DNA from: Felis catus
Taxonomy: Eukaryota
Assembly (NCBI RefSeq): GCF_018350175.1
Contig: NC_058368.1
Span: forward strand, 129,396,001 to 129,460,000
Length of the DNA: 64,000 nt
Direction of reading: 5' to 3'
The position numbers and the translations under genes were made by a program. Positions 1 to 11,789 of the stretch are shown here, in pieces; within the stretch, counting starts at the first letter, position 1, and each line of letters starts with the position of its first letter. A model generated the notes under the pieces. That model had not been told where the DNA came from. It saw nothing but the letters and a program-made list of their open reading frames with translations, and searched no databases.

Positions 1-374
1 TTACAAGATGGAGCAGAGATTTTGAAAGACAGATGTTTGACGGAAACAAAAAGTGATGGCACTGATCCTAAAACCTAGGGAGAAAAGAGGAAACTTAAGG
101 AAAAAAACGAAACAAAACAAAACACCGGATACAAGAGCCCAAGAGAGCAAAGCAGCTTGGACAATCACAGTAGTGTAGCAATCCGTGTTCATGCTAATGA
201 TCCAATTATCAAATAATGGTTAGATTTTCTTAGGGTGGTTAAATCAGTAACATGAAAGGAGCAAAGGATACGACAGCACAAGACACGGGAAGAAAAATAT
301 AAACAGTCCTTGAAATATGAAAAGGTGTTCGACCTCATTCTGCACGACGAAGCTGCAAATTAAAAGTACGAGTT

Positions 375-1465
375 AAAGACAAGCCTCTGAACAGGAGAAA
401 ACATTTGCAAAACAAATACCATTTAAAGGTATAACCATAAGATACCAAAAGCTCTTCAAACTTGACAGTAAAAATAAACAACCCAATTAAAAGGAAGGCA
501 AAAGATCTGAACAGATAGGTCACCAAAGAAGATATACAGGTAGCAAATAAATATGTGAAAAGATGCTCAATATCATATGTCGTTGGGGAATTACAAACTG
601 ACACAACACCACTGGATACTGGATCCTACTATCCACATATGACAATGGCTAAAATCAGAAACAGTGACGACACTAAATGCTGCCACGGATGCACAGAAAC
701 AGGAACTCCCCTTCGGCGCCTGTGGGAACGCACAGTGGTTGGGCCACTTTGGGAAACAGTACTTACATGTACTCTTACCGAACAATCCAGGAAACGTGCT
801 TCTTCTAGGTATTTATCCACATGAAACAAAAAATTTACGTTTCTGCAAAAATCTCCGCATGAATGTTTATAGCAGCGTTAGTCGTAATTACCTTAAATCG
901 GAAGCAACCAAGATGTCCTTCAATAGGTGAATAGATTAAGAAACTGTGATACAGCCAGACAGTGGAATATTATTCAGGGCCAACAAGAAATGAGCTGTGA
1001 CGCCATGAAAAGGTGTGGAGGACCTTTAAATGCCTAATTGTACATGAAAGAAGCCAATCTGAAAAGCCTACATACTGTGACTCCAACTGTATGACTTTTG
1101 GAAAAGGTAAAACTGTGGAGACAATGAAAAGATCAGTGGTTAGCAGGGGTCGGGGATGGTGAGGTGGGATGAACAGGTACAGTACAGAGAATTTTTAAGG
1201 CAGGGAAACTATTCTGTATGATACTGTAATGGTGGATACGTGACATTATGCATATATCAAAACGCAAACACAAAGAGTGAACGACTTAGTTAATAATAAT
1301 GTGTCTGTATCGCTTCATTAATTGTAACAAATAGGCCACACTAAAGTGAGATGTTAATAAGAGGGGAAACTATGTGGTGGGGGGTGGGGCAGAGATGAGG
1401 TATACGGGAAATCTGTACCTCTGGTTCAATCTTTTTGTAAACCTGATATTTATCTCAAAAAATAA
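375..1465 (+). mobile_element. Old L1 (L1MB/L1MC-type) ORF2 C-terminus plus 3' UTR
   Basis: Typical L1 3' sequence: aaagatctgaacaga..caccaaagaagatatacag, aaaagatgctcaatatca, gaagcaaccaagatgtccttcaataggtgaatag, gaaagaagccaatctgaaaag; ends in A-rich tail; no intact frame. Confidence 0.85.
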
Positions 1466-1471
1466 TGTCTT

Positions 1472-1596
1472 GGGGCATCTCAGTGGCTTGTTGATTAAGC
1501 GTCCAATTCTTGATTTCAGCTCAAGTCATGATCTCACAGTTCACGAGTTCAAACCCCGCTTTGGCCTCTGCCCTGACAATGCGGAACCTGCTTGGG

Positions 1597-1632
<36 letters not shown>

Positions 1633-1692
1633 CTTCCCTTGCTCATGCTCACTTTCTCTCTCTTTTTTAAAATAAATAAACTTAAAATTAAA
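1472..1692 (+). mobile_element. Can-SINE (feliform SINEC)
   Basis: ggggcatctcagtggc head, tcatgatctcacagttcacgagttcaaacccc B-box region, (CT)n, aataaataaa tail. Confidence 0.95.
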
Positions 1693-1699
1693 GTCTCTT

Positions 1700-2040
1700 A
1701 ATTTGAAGAGTGGACAAAGATTATAAAAAAATGGAAACAATAAGAAAGTAGGTGTCGCAATCCTAACGTCAAAGTCAAACCAAACCATATATTTTTTAAT
1801 GTTTATTTTTGAGAGAGAGAGAGAGAGAGAACAAGTTGGGGAGGGGCAGAGAGAGAGAGGGAGGCACAGAATCCAAAGCAAGCTTCAGGCTCTGAGCCAT
1901 CAGCATGGCACCCCATGAGGGGCTTGAACTCACAAATCACGAGATCATGACCTAAGCCAAAATTGGATGCTTAACCGACCGAACCACCCAGGCACCCCAA
2001 GCCAAATATTAGAAGAGACAAAGATGGGCACTTTACAAAA
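1700..2040 (+). mobile_element. L1 ORF2 endonuclease-region fragment split by a SINE
   Basis: Translates to NGNNKKVGVAILTSKS before the SINE and KPNIRRDKDGHF after it, resembling L1 EN NGxQKKAGVAILxSDK...IKRDKEGHY. Confidence 0.65.
1792..1998 (-). mobile_element. Can-SINE (SINEC_Fc-type)
   Basis: Reverse complement: T-rich tail, (GA)n, cagaatccaaagcaagcttcaggctctgagc, gagatcatgacc, ccacccaggcacccc. Confidence 0.95.
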
Positions 2041-2089
2041 GCCACATTCCACAATATAAATATTTTTTTTTAACAAATGAGTTAATATT

Positions 2090-2745
2090 CTTTACTCACT
2101 GATTGACAAAACTTCAAAAGGAGAGCTTGGTTGCAGATCATGCCACTGAAATTGTGGGGAACCAGGTCTGCTCATACAGTGATGGCAAGAGAGAATGACA
2201 GATACATACTCTGTGAGGGGCGATGTAACGGTAGTTACCAAAATTACAAATGCACATGGTCTTTCTTAGACCCAGTGCTTCTGAGATTTTAACCCACAGA
2301 CATACTCAAACATGTACAAAATGAAGTAAATACAGAGATTATGATTACAGTATCTTTGTGGCATATTTTAGAACAGCAAAAGGTTGGATACAGGTAGATG
2401 CCTATCGGTAGGGACAGTTTAAATTATGCTGCACCCACACAATAATGCTGCCGTTATAAAGAATGAAGCATCTCTGTATGTACTGATGAAGAGTGATGAC
2501 TGAGGTATAAGATCTTAAAAGGCAGGGTGCAGTACAGTGTCCTAGCACGTCACCTTATGTGACAAAAAAAACCTGAGGAGAGAGATCCCCCCCATAACCT
2601 GGTAATGGCAGTTACGTAGCATCTGTTAGGGATAGGAAGTGGGAGACTGGGGCACCAGGAAGAGGAAGACATGATGATCACTCTCTACTCTTTTGTTTCT
2701 CTGCTGGAAAAAAAAAATGACATGAAATGATTTTAAAATAAATAA
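2090..2745 (+). mobile_element. Ancient L1 (L1ME-type) 3' end
   Basis: Degenerate L1 3' motifs ctcatacagtgatggc, aaaattacaaatgcacat, aaggttggatacaggtagatgcctatc, aaagaatgaagcatctctgtatgtactgat. Confidence 0.6.
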
Positions 2746-3429
2746 GGCAAGAGAGTATATAATGCATTCGGGGATGTTTCCATTTACTCTTTTTAAACGC
2801 TGATCTCTAAAATGTTGGTTAGCTCTAGTTATCTGGACAATTTAATTACGTGGAACACCTCATTTCCTGACGATGCTGGATGAATAAGGCATTACTCTGG
2901 TTTGCTGACTTATGCACAATTACAAAGTTAACATTATCATCATAGCACAAAAGAGATTGGAATTTAGAACAAAGGATGGGCATACTTTTCAACAAGAAAT
3001 TAAAGCAGAAGGAGAATGGATGAAGGAGACGGAGTCTGTAACTCTCACCCTGATTGAGGGATGAAGGTCTAATGAACGAAATATATGAGCTTTGTGTGAA
3101 GTGCTGTGCTGCTGAGTGTAACAGGCAAGGCTTCTGTTCACAAAACAGCAGAGCCAGTTGCTGCCTTTGTAAGAAACGCTTTGTTAGGCACCAGCGTTGA
3201 CAGGGAGAATCGTGTTCAGCGTTCACTTAGGTGCTCTGGAGGGATTGCAAAGAAGGCAAAGGCATAACTTCTGCCCTAGGAGAAGCCCGGCCTTGACCAC
3301 AGGACATGGGAATGTAAGCATGCCCTCCGCATAGGAACTCAAGTGGCGGGCACCTTCCCTGGAAGAATAGAGCAGAAGTTGACCATCAGGCTGATAGGAA
3401 TTGCAGAAATATGCCTCTACATGTTCTAA

Positions 3430-3660
3430 AAAATCTGGATGCGTCATATGGAAATTCAGATTGTTTAAAGCTTTTTTGAAAAATTGGAAGATCTAACAAT
3501 GCAGGGCCTGCTTTTCCTGCATATTAACACCCACTAGAGTTGAGCAGGGACTGTCTCCCTTTAGATGGGACATAAGCATGGTCCTAGCTCTCCCTACTGG
3601 CCCATCCCTCCCAATTACTTGCCTGTGTCTGTATAGGTGCTTCAGTTTGTAAGTCCTGGA
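3430..3660. mobile_element. hAT-Charlie MITE, MER102-like
   Basis: ttgaaaaattggaagatctaacaatgcagggcctg...ccctttagatgggacat resembles recalled MER102 consensus. Confidence 0.5.
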
Positions 3661-3879
3661 CCAGACTCAGGAGGGGGTAGTTTCGAAAAATGTCTTGGAA
3701 ATAGGAGATTCTGGAACAGATTTTGAAAGGCAAGTTATAGTGGCCTGGTGGATTGGGTGTGTGAGGCATTTCAGGGGGAAGGTTTCTAGAATGCCAGAGT
3801 GTTTCTTCTTGACCAAAACTTGGACCAATCATAGGGTGCCTGTGCTTTGGAGAAATCCAGATAATCCTGAGTGACCAAG

Positions 3880-4440
3880 GTCTTAGTTCCTACCCTGTGC
3901 CAGGTGCTTTGTAGGGGTACATCAGTGAACAAGACAAATGGTTTCAGAGAGCTTACAACCTGCTAGTGGAGGTGGCTACGGTGAGAAAATGAATTCTTAG
4001 GTGTAGATTTACACAATGTAACTAATACTATGAAAGGAACAGACAGGATTGTCACGGGATTTTTGTGAAGGTGGGCAGAGAAGGGGACACAGAAGCTGAG
4101 ACCTGAATGATGAAAAGAGGTGACGAATGTGATCAAGAAGGTATCAGGCAGAGGGAACAGCATGTGCAAAGGCCCTGCAGGGGAGTGGTGGGGGGTGGGG
4201 GTGGGGAGGAGAATATTCCTGAGCCTGGAAGAACAACCAGAGGGTCTAGAGCATAGTGAGGAAAGTGGTATGAGGTGACACTAGACAAGGAAGAAGAATC
4301 AGACCACAGCCGTCAGAGTAAAAGTCGCCAGAGCTATATTCGACCCTGAGAAGTTATTGGCAGGGGGCTTAAGGATAGGAGTGTCCTGATTCAGTTTATA
4401 GGTCGAAGGGACTGGGCAATACAGAAGGAAGGCAGGGAGG
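3880..4440 (-). mobile_element. L2 LINE 3' fragment
   Basis: cctaccctgtgccaggtgc, cagtgaacaagaca, agctgagacctgaatgatga, aggcagagggaacagcatgtgcaaaggccctg are hallmark antisense L2 strings. Confidence 0.8.
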
Positions 4441-4859
4441 CAGGGAAACGCCGTTCAAGCAAGGGTTGGCTTGCTTTCCCTTTCAGCCTCCCACAGCCAG
4501 CATCTGAACACTGGTTCGCGGTCCTCCTTGCTTGTTAGCCGTCCACTCCACTCTCTCCTTGGTGTTTCATCTTTACCCTTGGTCCTCTTGTTTTACAGCT
4601 TTCTCCTATAACGGAATATTGGGAAGAGTTGGCTTCCCTTGTCTCTTCTTCCCTCCCCTGCAAACTGCCCCCTCACACACGCCCCCCCCCACGACCGTGA
4701 GTCTGTGCCCCCACACAGTGATCTCAGCCAGCCCCGTGCTTAGGGACAGCAGTGCAGGTGGAAAGAAGCAGGTGGAAGAGTTTTGCCTGGCTAAAGCGGA
4801 GCGCACCAACCTGAGCTTAGCAGGAAGGATGGCAGTTAGGCAAAGCAGGGCTAATTGGT

Positions 4860-5230
4860 AGTGGGCTTTGAAGCCCAAGACAGGAGGAGTTTTAATATGA
4901 TTTGGGAGGCAGCTGGGAGCCTTTATGGGCGTGTGAAGAGGAGAGCGATGTGATCTAAGTGACACTGGAGGAAGATGATTCTAGATGATGTGTGTCCAAT
5001 AGAAGAGAGGGGACCCCCACAGGCTGGAGGAAGGGGAGCTGATTGGGAGGCAGGAGTCCATGTGTGCAGCGATTATGGTTTGGACCCAAGCTGTGGGACA
5101 GAGAAAGCAGGCAGAAGAAGAAATAGCAGGACTTCAGGTTGAAATTAGGTGCCTCTGTGTGTGTTGGGGGTAAGAGGCATGGCTACAGAGATGAGGTGAA
5201 TAAGAAACCGAGCACTCATTTGACTAGACA
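4860..5230 (-). mobile_element. L2 fragment (degenerate)
   Basis: Purine-rich antisense L2-like run (aagcccaagacaggaggagttt, gatgtgatctaagtgacac, ggtttggacccaag). Confidence 0.45.
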
Positions 5231-5429
5231 AAGACTTGGTAGACCAGCCAAGAGAAGTGCTTCACAGTCCACTCACGTGTCACCCCTGTGGGAAATGGAC
5301 CCTTCCTCCACCCCCCACCTTGGATGGGTAACAACTTTCTCTCAGGTGTATGTCCCTTTCTATTCTCGTACCATGATGCCGAGTTGTAATATGTCTTTGT
5401 CTGTCCATGCCTGCTGCTAATCAGTAAGC

Positions 5430-5548
5430 CCCACAAGACAGAGCCCCTGTTTTACTCCCTTTCTGTTCCCAGTGCCTAGTTAGCACGGGGCCTGGCCCTT
5501 AGTAAGTACTCAACATGTTTTGGTGAATGAGCAGATGAATGAATGGAA
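5430..5548 (+). mobile_element. L2 3' terminus
   Basis: cccagtgcctag..cacggggcctggcccttagtaagtactcaaca..gaatgaatg matches L2 tail. Confidence 0.7.
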
Positions 5549-6204
5549 ACTTTCCAGAGGCATGCCATTGAACACCAGCCACTGTACAGCACCATAAAAC
5601 TTACAAATTGTGTGGCAGCTGCAGCGTCCCTGGAGCAGTTGTGGGGATCAGGTTACAGCTGGGAGTCTCACAAAGCCCCAGCCACTGCGTCAGCTGACAG
5701 GTGGTCCTGGAAGTCAGGCTTGCGATGGCAGACAGGAGGCTGGGGGAGTTAGCTCAGTGCCGGCAGAATCTGAGATCAAATTGCAGGGTTGTTTAAACAC
5801 CTTAGGGTTACAAATGGGCTTTCACCCTTAAAATCCCATCTGTAAATATGTAGCCTTAAACTGTCTAAATAGCCCTCTTCATGTTGTTAAATCTGGGGTT
5901 GGTAGAGGCCACTGGAAAGGCTTTTGTGGGCTCTCCAGTTGATTTCACTGAAGTTAAGTTTGTGTTACAGCGAAATGTGAAACCTGGAAAATACATAAAA
6001 ATGAACCTTTCATACCACGTGCCAGCCCCCCAACTAACGTCAACCAAAATGAGTAAACTTTCTAGATATCTACCTTCTATTCCACTTTTTACTATGTGCC
6101 AAACATTTGGTTTTATACCCATTATATCATTAATAGTCACAACAAGCACACGAGACAGGAGCTCTTGCTCTCAGCTTCTTTATTTGGTGAGAGCTTTTGC
6201 TGAT

Positions 6205-6352
6205 AATGTTAGAGCAGGAGAGATCTTGGGAGACCATTCAGTTCAAGCTCCTAAGTTTCAGGTGCAGAGGGCTGATGCTCTCTGAGGAAAGCGACTTGCC
6301 TGTGGTTCCACAGCTGGACGACTGACCTACTGGGGCTGGAACCCAAGCCTCC
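6205..6352 (-). mobile_element. MIR SINE
   Basis: gagaccattcagttcaagctcc..aagcgacttgcctgtggttccacagct..ggggctggaacccaag. Confidence 0.65.
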
Positions 6353-8190
6353 TCTCTTTTCTGCTGGAATATTTCCCTTTCAGAGACATAGGAGAGTTAA
6401 GCACCCAGGTAGAAACACTGTCTCAGCCATGATCTTCAGTGCAAGGATGTTCTTGTTCCTTGTTTTTCGTTTAAGTCCAGGCAGTTCAGGGAAATGAGTC
6501 TTGAATGAGCAAAGTGGGAGCCTCTTGGAAGCCTGTTCCTGGTTGGAAACCCTTGGTCAGTTAGGACCAAGATCAGAACCATCTGCCTGCTCTGGACTCT
6601 GCTGTAGTGCTGAGGGAATTGGGTCTTTTATTTGTGTTCATTTGGATGGTTAATTATGTAAATATGTGTCTATTTAGTGCCCTAAGCATTTAAATCAGAT
6701 CTAATGGTCGTATTGGTTTGCTTCCCGCACTGCCCAGTGAGGAGCAGATCATTGCCAGTAACTTCTGCACGAGGAGAATTACAAATTGTTCATGCAAACA
6801 TGGTGCTCTCTCTATTTTTAATGCATTTTTTATGCATTTTTCTTCCATTTTTTTTAAATTTAAAACAGGATATAGGTGGACATGCCCTTGGGACACGTCT
6901 CTTGTGGTTTTCATCCCAAGGTATATATTGAGTTTACCTTATGGGATAAATTCACTTGATGTGCTCCGTGTTCCCAGGTTTCACCTTCCCTGCCTGATTC
7001 TAGGAGCTGCCAAGCCAACCCTTCAAGCCAACTCTGGGAGCTGGGCCCTGGCAGCCTGGAGGCCTGGTAACCAGGGGTTGCACAATGCCCCAAACCTCGT
7101 CAATTACCCCAACCAGTCTGGCACATAGTTTCTGGAACTTTGCCCCAGGCAGAATCCCCACCCCACCTTGGACAGCTCTGCAATTAACTAGACCATTACT
7201 TCTTTTCACTAATAGTGACCTGGATCTGGGTGTCTCATCAGTTTAATTTCCTGGGGCCACACAGCGATAGATTCTGTGGGAATTGAACAAGACAAGAAGG
7301 CAAGTCAGAGTGGAATTTTTCCCAGCCTCTCTTTTCCTTCCAAGTATGGGTTCCCTGGCTGGGCTCTGCCTGAGCAGCCTGCAGGAATTTGGACCTGAGG
7401 GGAAGAGGAAACATTGTATTAGACGGGACTGCAGGGATATTCTAGGAGAAGGTGTGCACAATAAGCACAAAGCTCTGAATGTAAGGGGCTTGTTAAAGCT
7501 TCGTATCCTTTCTGGCAACTCTGGAACTATTCTTCCCCAGCCGTCTGTTCATATTCTCTCCCCTTCCCCTCTGGCAAGTACTTTCTGGCATGGAATGTAC
7601 TCCGTTTTCCTATAAACAGGTCAGAACTTCTTTTCATTCTGGACATACATTTTCATGGCTAAAAATATAAACTCAAAGCACTACACTGGGATGGACTTTC
7701 TGAGGGGCACTCTGGCAACTCCTATCAAAAACCAAAAGCCAATTACATTTCAGGGGATTTAGCCTAAGGAACCATCAGACTCCTACTTAGAGCTCTAAGT
7801 ACAAGATGTTCATAAGAGTGTTGTTTAGGTGAAAGCAGCAGGACTCTAGTTCCTGCTGAGTGGGCTCAGGCAACATCTCTTCTCCCATATGCATTTACAT
7901 TCACTGGTTTAAGAAGCTGAGCACAGGCTAAGTCAGGAGTTGAAGGGCCTCTTGAGGACAAAATAACTGAAAGGTTATGGTTATTTTTTGTTTTGTTTTG
8001 TTTTTGAGGTTGAGACATATACAGGACAGTTTGGTGAATGCGGCCTCAGTGGAAACCGGATGGGGGGAGTGCTAAGATGAATTTTATCATATAGGAGGAG
8101 GCAAGTCAGGCAGGACCTCATCATTAGAAGTAACCAGTGGTTTGAAACACAGCATGTTAGCTGATGCCAGCCCTTGAGCCAATCCCTCTG

Positions 8191-8299
8191 CTAGCGACTG
8201 ATCTTTTTGGTTTGCCTGGGACTGAGGAGTTTCCAGGGGCCTGGGCCCCCCAGTGCTGAAATCAGGAAAGTCTCAGCAAACTAGAATAGCTGGTCCCTA
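8191..8299. mobile_element. hAT-Blackjack MITE, MER81-like
   Basis: ggtttgcctgggactgaggagtttccag..cagtgctgaaatcaggaaagtctcagcaaac..ggtcccta matches recalled MER81. Confidence 0.65.
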
Positions 8300-8879
8300 C
8301 CTCTACCAGGGAGACGAGGTTCGCGCTCAGAGAAAGAAGTTATGTAAGAATGATAGAGCGTGTCCCTCCACACCGGACACACTGGACTTGGATTAGCCTT
8401 GCTATGGGACCCTACCTGAGCATGGCAAAGGTGTGTTTTCCTTCTCACTTCACAGGGGTAGTGCCAGCAATAAAGATCATCCATTTTGAAGTACAGTAAT
8501 GGTAGTTTGGTTGTGCCAACATTGGGAATAGCGGATTTTCAGAACACCGTGATGAGTCGGTACAACAAGAGAAACAAAACTCCAGCCTAAAGTGCCCGCC
8601 CCCCCCCCCCCCCCCGTGGGACTGTCCTACACGGGATGTGTCTGTCACCCTGGCCTGGCTGGCCGTGGAAGCAGGCGACGGCAGGAATGATCCACTGACA
8701 CAGGTACATACCCCTGGGGGCTCCTGGAAACATTTAAGGAGAAAGATTCTGAAAATGATGGGAATTGGGGCCTTAGCATTATTAAATTGGGGAAATTTAT
8801 GTTACTGGGATTACATTTGTGTTCATTGGCTAGCAAAAAGCCTGAGACTTTCAGGTCACGTTTGTGAATGAGAAATTAA

Positions 8880-9200
8880 AACATGCAGTCTGATAATAGG
8901 AAATTGATGAAATAAATTATGCTATTCATAGTCATTTAGAATAAAAATGTAAATATATATATTATGACAGAGACATGCAAAGAGAGTTATAATATTACTG
9001 AGTGGAATAAAATCAGTATGTAAAATATGGCCCATTTCTATTACAGGATGTCGACATTTTTAATTTAGAGGCACATATATGGACAACCACAAGAGTCTAG
9101 AAGATTAACAGTGATGGACTCTGAAGTTGGGGTCACTTACATTCATTCTTGTTTCTGTTGGTATCTCTCAATTTTATAATTTTTCTAAAAGAGCATACAT
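8880..9200 (+). mobile_element. Ancient L1 (L1ME-type) 3' fragment
   Basis: aaataaattatgctattcata, tattactgagtggaataaaatcag, aagagtctagaagattaacagtgatggactctg. Confidence 0.45.
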
Positions 9201-9208
9201 AATGTATG

Positions 9209-9210
<2 letters not shown>

Positions 9211-9248
<38 letters not shown>
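9211..9248. repeat. (AC)19 microsatellite
   Basis: Read directly. Confidence 0.98.
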
Positions 9249-9250
<2 letters not shown>

Positions 9251-9319
9251 ATTAAAACTATCTGCACAGTCTACATGGTTGCAGCTTCCCAAACCTTTTC
9301 ATAAAAAATGCATCGTATC

Positions 9320-9523
9320 AGGGCACCTGGGTGGCTCAGTCAGTTAAGTGTCTGACTCTTGACTTCCGCTCAGGTCATGATCTCAGGGTTCATGAGTTCG
9401 AGCCCTGCGACCAGCTCTACACTAACAGCGCTGAGCCCAGTTGAGATTCTGCCCTTCTCTCTGCCCCTCTCCCGCTCGCACTCTCTTTCTCAAAAATAAG
9501 TAATAAAAACATTGAAAAAAAAA
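9320..9523 (+). mobile_element. Can-SINE
   Basis: gggcacctgggtggctcagtcagttaag A-box, gagttcgagccc B-box, A-rich tail. Confidence 0.95.
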
Positions 9524-10619
9524 GGGGGTCGTGTCTACAATTTAAGATATGTTTATATTGAACGCTGACACCTTGGCTATATTCAAAAAGAACAAATCAC
9601 CTTTAGGCCTGGGCTAGAAACTCTGTGCAGTTTGAGGCTCAGGAGGTAAAGAGCATAGGTCTCAGTTTTCATGACCATCTGGATTCAGGAATTGGTGGGG
9701 AAGGACTTAGAACTCCACTTTCTTTTTTGCCGGCACAGGCGTCCTCGGTGCCCACACCTGCATGCAAAACAAGCCCTGGGAGCTGCCCAAGCTGAGGTAG
9801 CACGCGAGGAGCCCTCTCATGGGCACGTTTGCCTGAGCAGAGCACAGACTGTGACAGGGCTCTCCACAGACCTTCCCTGGACGGGAGCCCTCACGTCTGT
9901 CATCCCAGAGCCTGGCAAGAAACAGAGGTGAGGGGGTCCCCCCATATGTATTCGCTGCACTCGTTACACGATGTCGACCACCACAGGAGCCAGAAGCACT
10001 TGACTGTGCTCTGTAGCTCTGCATTTCGTGAGACGCTTTATGCAGTATGAACGCAGCGGCATTTCTTATGCTGGATTTGCCGTCTCTGTCTGTTTCCAGC
10101 CTAGAGGAGTAACCAAAGGGAGTAGCAAAGTAGCCGCTCTGGGAAGGGACACTGGCGGGCGCCACATATTGGAATGCACTGCTGATGGCCCAGACAGTAG
10201 AAATTAAAGGGCACAAAAGCTCCTCTGCTTGCATCTACAACACGCCTTGACTGGTGATGAGTAGAATTCAGAGGGCTTAAGAATCGCATACTTAACAGAA
10301 GCTCATCCAGACCTCTTTGGTCTGGATAATGGGCTGGAAATCAAGCTCTTGCTGAGAGTTTCTGGTTCAATCAAGTCAGAAAAGAACTTGAATCCCAATT
10401 TTTTAAATACATACGGTTTTATAATATGATTGATATTAATATAATATGATTGGGTCCTTCGGCCTTCAGTTTTTACCAGCTAACCCACATTTCTTCATTT
10501 GTCACCTAGCATCCAAAAATGCACAGGGATCTGTTCTAGAAGATTTCATTGTATCCAAGCTGTCAAGAAAGGAGCACTTATTTAAAGTACTTGGTCTGTC
10601 CATCTAAGGGTTTAAAAAA

Positions 10620-10828
10620 TTTGTTTTAATGTTTTTATTTATTTTTGAGACAGAGACAGAGCACAAGTGGGGGAGGGACAGAGAGAGAGGGAGACACAGA
10701 ATCTGAAGCAGGCTCCAGACTCTGAGCTGTCAGCACAGAGCCCAATGCAGAGCTTGAACCCCAAATCATGAGATCATGTCCTGGGCCAAAGTTAGACATG
10801 TAAGTCACTGAACCACCCCGTTGCCCCT
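10620..10828 (-). mobile_element. Can-SINE (SINEC_Fc-type)
   Basis: gagacacagaatctgaagcaggctccagactctgagctgtcagcacagagccc antisense body; degenerate flanking duplication (ctaagggtttaaaa / ctcaaggtttcaaaa). Confidence 0.95.
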
Positions 10829-11533
10829 GTCTCAAGGTTTCAAAAGAGTTCGACTGACCTTACAAGGTGGAAATATAGAGCATTTTAAAATTGTGCCCAT
10901 TAAATTCTTTAAAGTATGATACTGACTAGAGAAGCTACAAATTGGGACATAGTAATTCCTGGAAGCAAAACTCTGCTCCGAAGAAAAAGAAAAGAAGAAA
11001 AAAAAGAGGAGGGAGGAGGGAGAACATTGAGAATGTCATCAACCATATAAGTAAGGGCACTTCTCTCGGAGCTTCAGGTCACTTTTCTGTCTATCGAAAG
11101 TACTAAATTATGTGAAAAGACATCTTTTATCCTATGTATAAAGGTGGGGGAGAGGGATGTAAGACATTAAGAGAAGGGCATACTAGTAATTTGAATTCTT
11201 TAAGTAATAAAATTTTCTGGAAATACCACTAAATGGAATTATGCTCTTCAGAAGGTTGGACCTCACTCAGTAGTACACTGACTTTAGAAGCTTCTTGGAT
11301 TACCCGGTGAAAGAATGCAACTCGAGTTGGAGTCGGGAGTTCAGAAGTCATATACATTTAAATCTTAGCGTTTCCCTTTTTTTCCCTTCAGATGTCTGAA
11401 GCAACTTTAAATGGGAGCTTCAGTTCCTCATACATCCCCAAACTGCAAAATCACCTCTAGCTGCTGAGCTCTCTCAATCTCCATTAGACTCATGCCCATT
11501 TACTGAGGCCAAACTGTCCGCCTCTTACTGCAC

Positions 11534-11570
<37 letters not shown>

Positions 11571-11649
11571 TTTTTCTATTTTTTTTAAATTAGTACTTCC
11601 CTATAGGAAATACAATGAAGTCTTCTCTTGCCCTGAGGTCAGATTCAAG

Positions 11650-11770
11650 ACTTTCAGAGTGTTAGAACAGGCAGAGATCCTAGCACTGAGCTGGTCCAAC
11701 CTCTCCTTTTCACAGGCGAGGAAACTGGGGTCGGAGTAGTTAAAGAGACTTATCTACAGTCATAGAATGA
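11650..11770 (-). mobile_element. MIR SINE
   Basis: ggtccaacctctccttttcacaggcgaggaaactgggg..gttaaagagacttatc core. Confidence 0.7.
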
Positions 11771-11789
11771 TTTCCTGCAAAATAAAGAA

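Noticed and set aside
1472..1560. tRNA-like A/B boxes in SINE heads
   Set aside because: Part of tRNA-derived Can-SINEs; no cloverleaf tRNA gene
9192..9210. AGCATACAT-A-ATGTATGCT inverted repeat, containing the loxP spacer in both orientations
   Set aside because: The 13-bp loxP arms (ATAACTTCGTATA) are absent; a short chance palindrome next to a microsatellite, not an engineered site
9707..10234. Longest ORF in the track (175 aa, minus strand)
   Set aside because: No recognisable domain or splice context; this length is expected by chance in a moderately GC-rich patch
10420..10452. Short tandem duplications (tataatatgattg x2; also near 41977-42008 and 51594-51626)
   Set aside because: Ordinary slippage duplications; no spacer structure, not CRISPR-like
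11370..11460. Strong + strand acceptor followed by ATG (MSEATLNGSFSSSYIPKLQNHL-stop)
   Set aside because: No matching donor and peptide unrecognised; insufficient support
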